Sequence record: OQ992562.1
Direction: 5' to 3' (one strand)
DNA: 64,000 bases
How positions within the stretch are numbered: position 1 is the stretch's first letter; each line of letters opens with the position of its first letter. The notes under the pieces were generated by a model. It was not told where the DNA came from and ran no database searches. It worked only from the letters and a program-made list of their open reading frames with translations. The translations under genes and the position numbers were made by a program. Below, in pieces: positions 57,415 through 64,000 of this stretch.

Positions 57415-58602
57415 ATGTCCACATATGCAGAACTATTAATTACCAATAATGAACTCAAAGAGGCTATTGTTTCTGTTGAAGCATATCGCCATCGATTAGC
57501 TCGTTATCAAGATCTGCTAGATGGACGTGACGTAGCATCTGAAGACCTGTCTAAAGCGATGTCATTTGCTTTAGAAAGTATCGATCCCGCCTTCTCCATA
57601 AAAGAAGGCGGTATAATTACACTACGTGCTTTAAAAGATGCATTAGTTCGAGCTGCTAAGGCTGCACGAGATATTGTGCGGATGGTAATCGAAACACTCA
57701 CGGCATTCTACGTCAAGTTTACTGGCAGTATTTCACATGTGCGTAAAACACAGCAAAAATTATCTAGGCGACTTGCAAAACTAGGTAATCGTACGACTAA
57801 TACTCGATTGACTGTTTCTGGTTTACAGCGATTATCTATTAACGGTGAATTCATTGGTGATCGACCAGATAATCTTTTAGATATCAAAGAAGTCACTAAT
57901 TATATTTTAATGACTTATCCTAAAATGACTTCTAATATTGCTCGAAATATTAGTAGACAAGCATTGAATATCTTAGATAATCAAGGCGAAGATACCACTA
58001 CAGAAATCATTGATGAGTTATTACAATCTTTTGCCGATATAGTGCGTCGTGATTTTAAAGCGCCGCCAGGGGATGAGCCATTAAAGAAAGGTGAGACTAC
58101 TTCTACTGGTACCCATAGAAGTTATATTTTACCAGCTAATCGTGCATTTGTTTATACTGATGCTGACCATATAGCTACATCAGTTACTAATAAACAATCT
58201 GCACTAGAAATGGTTCGCAATACATTTACAATGGAATTTACAGAGTTACAAATCAATGCAATTGATAGCACTGAACGAGATATAGAAGTACCTTCTGTAA
58301 CTACGCTAAGTGATATTGTAACTGGTATTGCTAATATTTTAACGATCGCTGAACGTGCTAAACAAGGCGAAGTAGAATATAAAACAGTTAAGGTAGTTGT
58401 AGATGATTCAATTCGACAGCTAGCTGAACGTAGTGAGTTATTGGGAAGGGCAAATGGCGAGGCAATTAATATGCTCGCTGAGATATCCCGAAAATTAGCA
58501 GAACCTGTTGGTAACTACACCCATTGGTTAGCAGTAACTCTTAAAGTCTGGTTAACATTTGTTAGTCACTGCATTACTCATTATGAGAATGAAGGTATTT
58601 AA
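57415..58602 (+). CDS. Internal head protein paralog (gp163-like)
   Basis: SVE, ALE|S sites; helical domain similar to gp162. Confidence 0.8.
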   Translation: MSTYAELLITNNELKEAIVSVEAYRHRLARYQDLLDGRDVASEDLSKAMSFALESIDPAFSIKEGGIITLRALKDALVRAAKAARDIVRMVIETLTAFYVKFTGSISHVRKTQQKLSRRLAKLGNRTTNTRLTVSGLQRLSINGEFIGDRPDNLLDIKEVTNYILMTYPKMTSNIARNISRQALNILDNQGEDTTTEIIDELLQSFADIVRRDFKAPPGDEPLKKGETTSTGTHRSYILPANRAFVYTDADHIATSVTNKQSALEMVRNTFTMEFTELQINAIDSTERDIEVPSVTTLSDIVTGIANILTIAERAKQGEVEYKTVKVVVDDSIRQLAERSELLGRANGEAINMLAEISRKLAEPVGNYTHWLAVTLKVWLTFVSHCITHYENEGI

Positions 58603-58610
58603 CAGCATAA

Positions 58611-58631
58611 GCCCTCCCATAGTGGGAGGGC
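58611..58631. terminator. Bidirectional terminator
   Basis: GCCCTCCC-ATAGT-GGGAGGGC. Confidence 0.8.
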
Positions 58632-58641
58632 ATTATGTTCT

Positions 58642-59814
<1,173 letters not shown>

Positions 59815-59863
59815 TTACTAGGGTTATTAACTCTATAGAGTAAGACATTATTAAGGGTTAATC

Positions 59864-62356
59864 ATGCAGATCAAGCTACTTAAGCTAATTGGCTATACTA
59901 GGTTGATGGCCAATAATACACATTATTTTGAATGGACTCCAAGCAAACAGATGATGGTTATACTTGGTAGTAATGGTTCTGGCAAATCATCTATTATTAG
60001 TGAACTGACACCTGTTGTATCTAGCAGTTCAAACTTCAAGCAAGGTGGCGAGAAACATTTCCATTGTCATGCAAATGGTAAAGACTATAAATTAATTTCT
60101 AAATATAACCGTGGCACTGGACATCATTCCTTTTTATGTAATGATGAAGAATTAAATAGTGGTCATACCTTTAAAGAACAAGAAGAACTTGTAATGGCGC
60201 ATTTCGGGTTAAACCGAGAACTGCATGAAATGTTGACAGGTAAGATGCGTTTTACAAAGTTAAAACCTAATGAACGTAAAGCATGGTTAACTAGAATGTC
60301 TGTAGTTAACCTTGATTATGCATTTAATGTTTATAACAAAGTACGTAAAGAATTATCTAACCAGCAAGGTACTGTTAAAACAATTAATAAGCGATTGGTC
60401 ACAGAACACCATGGGGTATTGAATGATTCAGAAATGACACAGTTGAAAGAAGTGAAACAACGGTTAGTTAGTCGTATTGATTTACTTTATAAAACACGTG
60501 ATAAGAAAGGTGTCCTTCATTTTAGAGATGAAACCACTGCACGTAAAGAATTAGATTCTATCTTAGATGAAGCTCGTTCATTGTTAATGTCATTTCCAAT
60601 GTTACCTATTCAAGTTAAAGTAGATGGGTATGAATCTTTCTTAGAACTAAATAATAAGAAGATTGAAGAATATAAATCTATACAAGCAGTTATTGCACGT
60701 TTAGTTGAAGAATTAGAAGAATTAAAAAGCTCTAATCCGAATACAGCTGAACGTATGTCTCCAGAAGAAATACAAGAACTTAAGGACAGACATGAACATC
60801 ATACACGCATTGCTGAAGAAGCTATTAGTAAATATAAGAAGTATACCGGTAGATTTCCTTTGGTTGACATTTCTGTTAACGGTGATCCATCTGGTAAACT
60901 TACTGATCTCTCAGATCGTTGGATCAAACTTCTCACTACATTTCCTAATAATGAGAATGGTTACTTAAGTAAAGAAACTGCTATTAAAAATGCAGAAAGG
61001 CTAAAAGAATTAAAAAGTAAATACTCAACCATGGAAGGCATGTATTTACAAATTAATCAACGCCTAAATTCATTTAAGGAATGCGCATCTATTACTTGCC
61101 CATCATGCACTCATTCATTTAAACCTGGTGTTAGTGAACAAGATATCACAATAGCAGAAGAGCGCAAAGCTAAGTTAGATGAAGCGATGGATAGCTGTTC
61201 AAATGAGATCAAGGTTCTTGAACAGTACATGACTGACTTCAATGAATATGTAAGTTATGTACATGGCTACGTTCAATTAACGAAAGAGTATAATGAATTT
61301 GATACGCTATGGAACTATGTAGCTGAGCATATCGTAATGTATCGCACACCAGCAAAATATATAAATGATGCATTAGACTGGCGAGATGCAATGCAGCAAC
61401 TCATTGTCTCTAAGCAAGCTCATGCGGAAGCTACTTTATTAGCTCAACGACTACGTGTTATTGCTGAGATGGATCAAGATGCATTAGGATTCATTAAGGC
61501 ACGTACAACTGCACTAGAAACTGAAATTAATAATAAAACACATGTAGCAACTGACTTACAAAGAAAAGCAGCTCATTTCAATAAAGCTGGTAATGCTATT
61601 CGTGAATGGGAAGATAAGTATCATTCTTTTATTGAACGGTGGGAGCAGTTTATTAAAAAGATAGTGGATACAGCTGACAACTTTGTAGATAAGGCATACC
61701 AAGCGGAGATTGATGCTGTTAACTTAGAACTATCTAGTGTACATAGCCGTTTAAGTGAAATGGAACGTCATGAAGAACGTATTAAAGTTTTAGAATCAGA
61801 AGTTAACCATGCACAACAAATGGCTACTGATTTAGCTATTCTTGAAAAAGCATTATCACCAAAAAGTGGTATTCTTGGTCGCTATTTATTAGGTTTCTTA
61901 CAAGGAGTAGTTAAACTAGTAAATGCATACATCAATGAGATTTGGACTTATAGGTTAGAAGTATTACCTTCTAATGTTGACAAAGATGGCATGGATTATA
62001 AGTTCCCAATGCATATTGCAGGTGGTGACGTTCAGCCACCGGACATTGAATACGGGTCTGACTCACAATTAGAGATTGTTGATTTTGCTTTTAGAATGGC
62101 TATCTTGAAATTTTTACATCTAGATGACATGCCCCTTTTCTTAGATGAATTTAGCAGGACTTTTGATGAACAACATCGAGCCAATGCTATTCCATTCATT
62201 AACAGGTTAATTGAAAATGGCATTGTTAATCAAGTGTTCTTCATCAGCCACTTTGAATCAACACACGGTGCATTTAACCAAGCTGAATTTATTGTACTTG
62301 ATCCAGCTAATATTAGTACTCCAGAAGTATTTAATAAAAATCTAGTATTAAAATAA
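59864..62356 (+). CDS. sbcC: SbcC/Rad50-like SMC ATPase (gp165-like)
   Basis: Walker A GSNGSGKSS, coiled coils, zinc hook CPSC, Walker B LFLDE, signature variant YGSDSQ. Confidence 0.9.
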   Translation: MQIKLLKLIGYTRLMANNTHYFEWTPSKQMMVILGSNGSGKSSIISELTPVVSSSSNFKQGGEKHFHCHANGKDYKLISKYNRGTGHHSFLCNDEELNSGHTFKEQEELVMAHFGLNRELHEMLTGKMRFTKLKPNERKAWLTRMSVVNLDYAFNVYNKVRKELSNQQGTVKTINKRLVTEHHGVLNDSEMTQLKEVKQRLVSRIDLLYKTRDKKGVLHFRDETTARKELDSILDEARSLLMSFPMLPIQVKVDGYESFLELNNKKIEEYKSIQAVIARLVEELEELKSSNPNTAERMSPEEIQELKDRHEHHTRIAEEAISKYKKYTGRFPLVDISVNGDPSGKLTDLSDRWIKLLTTFPNNENGYLSKETAIKNAERLKELKSKYSTMEGMYLQINQRLNSFKECASITCPSCTHSFKPGVSEQDITIAEERKAKLDEAMDSCSNEIKVLEQYMTDFNEYVSYVHGYVQLTKEYNEFDTLWNYVAEHIVMYRTPAKYINDALDWRDAMQQLIVSKQAHAEATLLAQRLRVIAEMDQDALGFIKARTTALETEINNKTHVATDLQRKAAHFNKAGNAIREWEDKYHSFIERWEQFIKKIVDTADNFVDKAYQAEIDAVNLELSSVHSRLSEMERHEERIKVLESEVNHAQQMATDLAILEKALSPKSGILGRYLLGFLQGVVKLVNAYINEIWTYRLEVLPSNVDKDGMDYKFPMHIAGGDVQPPDIEYGSDSQLEIVDFAFRMAILKFLHLDDMPLFLDEFSRTFDEQHRANAIPFINRLIENGIVNQVFFISHFESTHGAFNQAEFIVLDPANISTPEVFNKNLVLK

Positions 62357-62371
62357 TTATAAGCAACATAA

Positions 62372-62392
62372 GCCCTCCCGCAATGGGAGGGC
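62372..62392. terminator. Bidirectional terminator
   Basis: GCCCTCCC-GCAAT-GGGAGGGC. Confidence 0.8.
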
Positions 62393-62398
62393 ATTATA

Positions 62399-62575
62399 TT
62401 AGTAACTATCTTTATAAGTGCTATTAAGTGAAACACTTTCAAAACTCTTTTTATTTTTATCAGCCTCAACAAAGTCTTTACCAACTGATTGTGGTACACC
62501 AACTTTCTTAGCAAACTTCTTATCATTGGCTACAGCAGCCATGAAGTTATGTTGTTTTTTACTTTTACTAGGCAT
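62399..62575 (-). CDS. Small basic protein (58 aa), not in ORF track
   Basis: AGAGGA RBS; MPSKSKKQHNFMAAVANDKKFAKKVGVPQSVGKDFVEADKNKKSFESVSLNSTYKDSY; stop abuts terminator. Confidence 0.75.
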   Translation of the reverse strand: MPSKSKKQHNFMAAVANDKKFAKKVGVPQSVGKDFVEADKNKKSFESVSLNSTYKDSY

Positions 62576-62600
62576 CGTATATTCCTCTAAGTTTTCACAA

Positions 62601-62632
62601 CTACACTAAAAAATAATTAAGATATATATTAC
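62601..62632 (+). promoter_or_regulatory. Early promoter
   Basis: CTACACTAAAAAA...TATATTAC (62625-62632), variant of the 11409 and 63117 elements. Confidence 0.75.
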
Positions 62633-62666
62633 TACTATGCATACAATATCTTAAGAGGTTAATGAC

Positions 62667-63062
62667 ATGTTTAATCAACAATATAATCCAAATAGTTCAG
62701 CTAAGGTAATGGAGACATTACATGCCTGTGCTAAACTTATTAAGGAAATGTTTTATTATAATGATCAATATGTTCAAGTAGAATCGGCTTATACAGATGA
62801 TCCAATCCAAGCATCCATTGAAACAGTAAATGATGGGTATTACAGATTAGTTATTCAAGACACCACACCAGATAGTACGTGGCCAGTGTGGGCAGTTGTT
62901 TTTATCAGACAACGTGGTGGAGATATTAAGTGTCTCCATATTATCAATCGTATTACTGGAGTATCTGCAAATATAGATACGCAATTCAACTGCGATTCTT
63001 TTTACTCTGTTATTGATTTACTATTAGATCATTATCGAGTATTAACTTCGATGGAATACTGA
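62667..63062 (+). CDS. Hypothetical early protein
   Basis: GAGGT RBS; between early promoter and terminator. Confidence 0.75.
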   Translation: MFNQQYNPNSSAKVMETLHACAKLIKEMFYYNDQYVQVESAYTDDPIQASIETVNDGYYRLVIQDTTPDSTWPVWAVVFIRQRGGDIKCLHIINRITGVSANIDTQFNCDSFYSVIDLLLDHYRVLTSMEY

Positions 63063-63072
63063 TATACATATT

Positions 63073-63094
63073 ACCCTCTCCTTCGGGAGGGGGT
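63073..63094 (+). terminator. Terminator
   Basis: ACCCTCTCC-TTCG-GGAGGGGGT. Confidence 0.75.
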
Positions 63095-63116
63095 TTATAT
63101 CGCATTAATTTTTTTA

Positions 63117-63150
63117 TTACACTAAAAAAAGTTTAAGATCTATATTACAG
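63117..63150 (+). promoter_or_regulatory. Early promoter
   Basis: TTACACTAAAAAAAGTTTAAGATCTATATTACAG. Confidence 0.85.
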
Positions 63151-63204
63151 ACATGTATCTATATTGGATACTTATTAAAACTTAATGATTAGGAAAAATA
63201 GAAA

Positions 63205-63411
63205 ATGAAAGTACTAAAGATCGCAGCTGCAATTATCTCAACTGGTGCCCTCGCTGTTGCCGCTATTAATCTATATAAGGCCGTTTCTAAATCAACCGTT
63301 ATTGATGACACCGTAGCTGATGATGATACGGTACTAGACAGTGAAGTAGATATTCTAACTGATGAGCTAGATAAAATCGATATTGATGATAGTGCTCAAC
63401 AAGTCGATTAA
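63205..63411 (+). CDS. Small early protein, N-terminal anchor and acidic tail
   Basis: AGGA RBS; IAAAIISTGALAVAAINLY then D-rich tail. Confidence 0.7.
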   Translation: MKVLKIAAAIISTGALAVAAINLYKAVSKSTVIDDTVADDDTVLDSEVDILTDELDKIDIDDSAQQVD

Positions 63412-63429
63412 ATAATAGGGTTATCGCTA

Positions 63430-63858
63430 ATGGCGGCATTCACTTTAGCAAACTTAATGGGTGAGCTAAAGAAGAGTTCCGTCATTGACTTATTCAACGA
63501 TGGAAAGGTCAAGGCAGAACTCTATCCAGCTCATATGACATATATGGGTAGTGTGGTTGACTTACATCGTGTAGGCGATACATTCAGCTTCTATGTTGCA
63601 GATGGACATGGAGGCGTCACACGCTATCCATGTAGTAATCAGATTCTTGAATCGATAACATTAGAACCAGATGTTTATTATAAGTTAACTGGTAAAAAAG
63701 TTATTGAGAAAAGAATTGAATTACCAGCTGTTACAGTACCAATTGAAGAACCCGCTAAGCGCATGCCGCTGGAAACAATCACATCAGTTGCTGTTATTGG
63801 CGGGTTTATTTTGTACGTTGGTACACGGTTTTATAAAGCATGTAAAAAATTAAAATAA
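63430..63858 (+). CDS. Early protein with C-terminal TM anchor
   Basis: AGGG RBS; ITSVAVIGGFILYVGTRFY near C-terminus. Confidence 0.7.
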   Translation: MAAFTLANLMGELKKSSVIDLFNDGKVKAELYPAHMTYMGSVVDLHRVGDTFSFYVADGHGGVTRYPCSNQILESITLEPDVYYKLTGKKVIEKRIELPAVTVPIEEPAKRMPLETITSVAVIGGFILYVGTRFYKACKKLK

Positions 63859-63907
63859 TACGGTCATGCAGTATACTTTAGGTACAATAACCCTAGAGGA
63901 AACTGCA

Positions 63908-64000
63908 ATGGCCGTATTAGACCGTCAATTTAATATTCGTTTAAATGGTGCTGATTTAGATAAACAAAAGCGAATTATTAAAGAAATTTATACCAGGATT
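63908..64000 (+). CDS. Hypothetical protein, 5' fragment (runs off window)
   Basis: AGAGGA RBS; MAVLDRQFNIRLNGADLDKQKRIIKEIYTRI open to end. Confidence 0.6.
   Translation, partial: MAVLDRQFNIRLNGADLDKQKRIIKEIYTRI

Noticed and set aside
62230-62609. Track ORFs 62230..62526 (-) and 62418..62609 (+)
   Set aside because: Both overlap a better-supported 58-aa minus-strand gene with a clear RBS; the first also crosses the terminator into sbcC.

Overview
A 64-kb slice (roughly 35-37% GC by eye) of a phiKZ-like Pseudomonas jumbo phage (Phikzvirus, nucleus-forming family). It spans approximately the phiKZ gp100-gp168 region; gp numbers are assigned from memory of phiKZ synteny. The endolysin is almost identical to KZ144 as I recall it, so this is probably a close relative rather than phiKZ itself. 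Contents: small early genes, an orphan XRE/HigA-like HTH gene, a ~620-bp hairpin-dense convergent intergenic region, DnaB-like helicase, major capsid protein, an nvRNAP subunit, portal, baseplate/fibre genes, a pair of 2OG-Fe(II) oxygenase-fold genes, RuvC, a spanin/holin/endolysin cassette, collagen-like fibres, a vRNAP beta fragment, UvsX, RNase H, head proteins, spike plus PAAR, and SbcC/Rad50. Best new observation: the capsid gene's UGA stop is followed in frame, before the terminator, by 26 sense codons. They encode a 3x8-residue R-[YK]-L-E-[ND]-G module that matches the C-terminus of the gp143-like structural gene 25 kb away. This suggests programmed stop-codon readthrough giving a minor tagged capsid subunit, and a shared docking tag, possibly for fibres. 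No tRNA, rRNA, CRISPR, integrase, intein or homing endonuclease was seen. ORF-track corrections: 23872..25155 and 6702..6905 are on the minus strand, and several probable sub-60-aa genes are missing.
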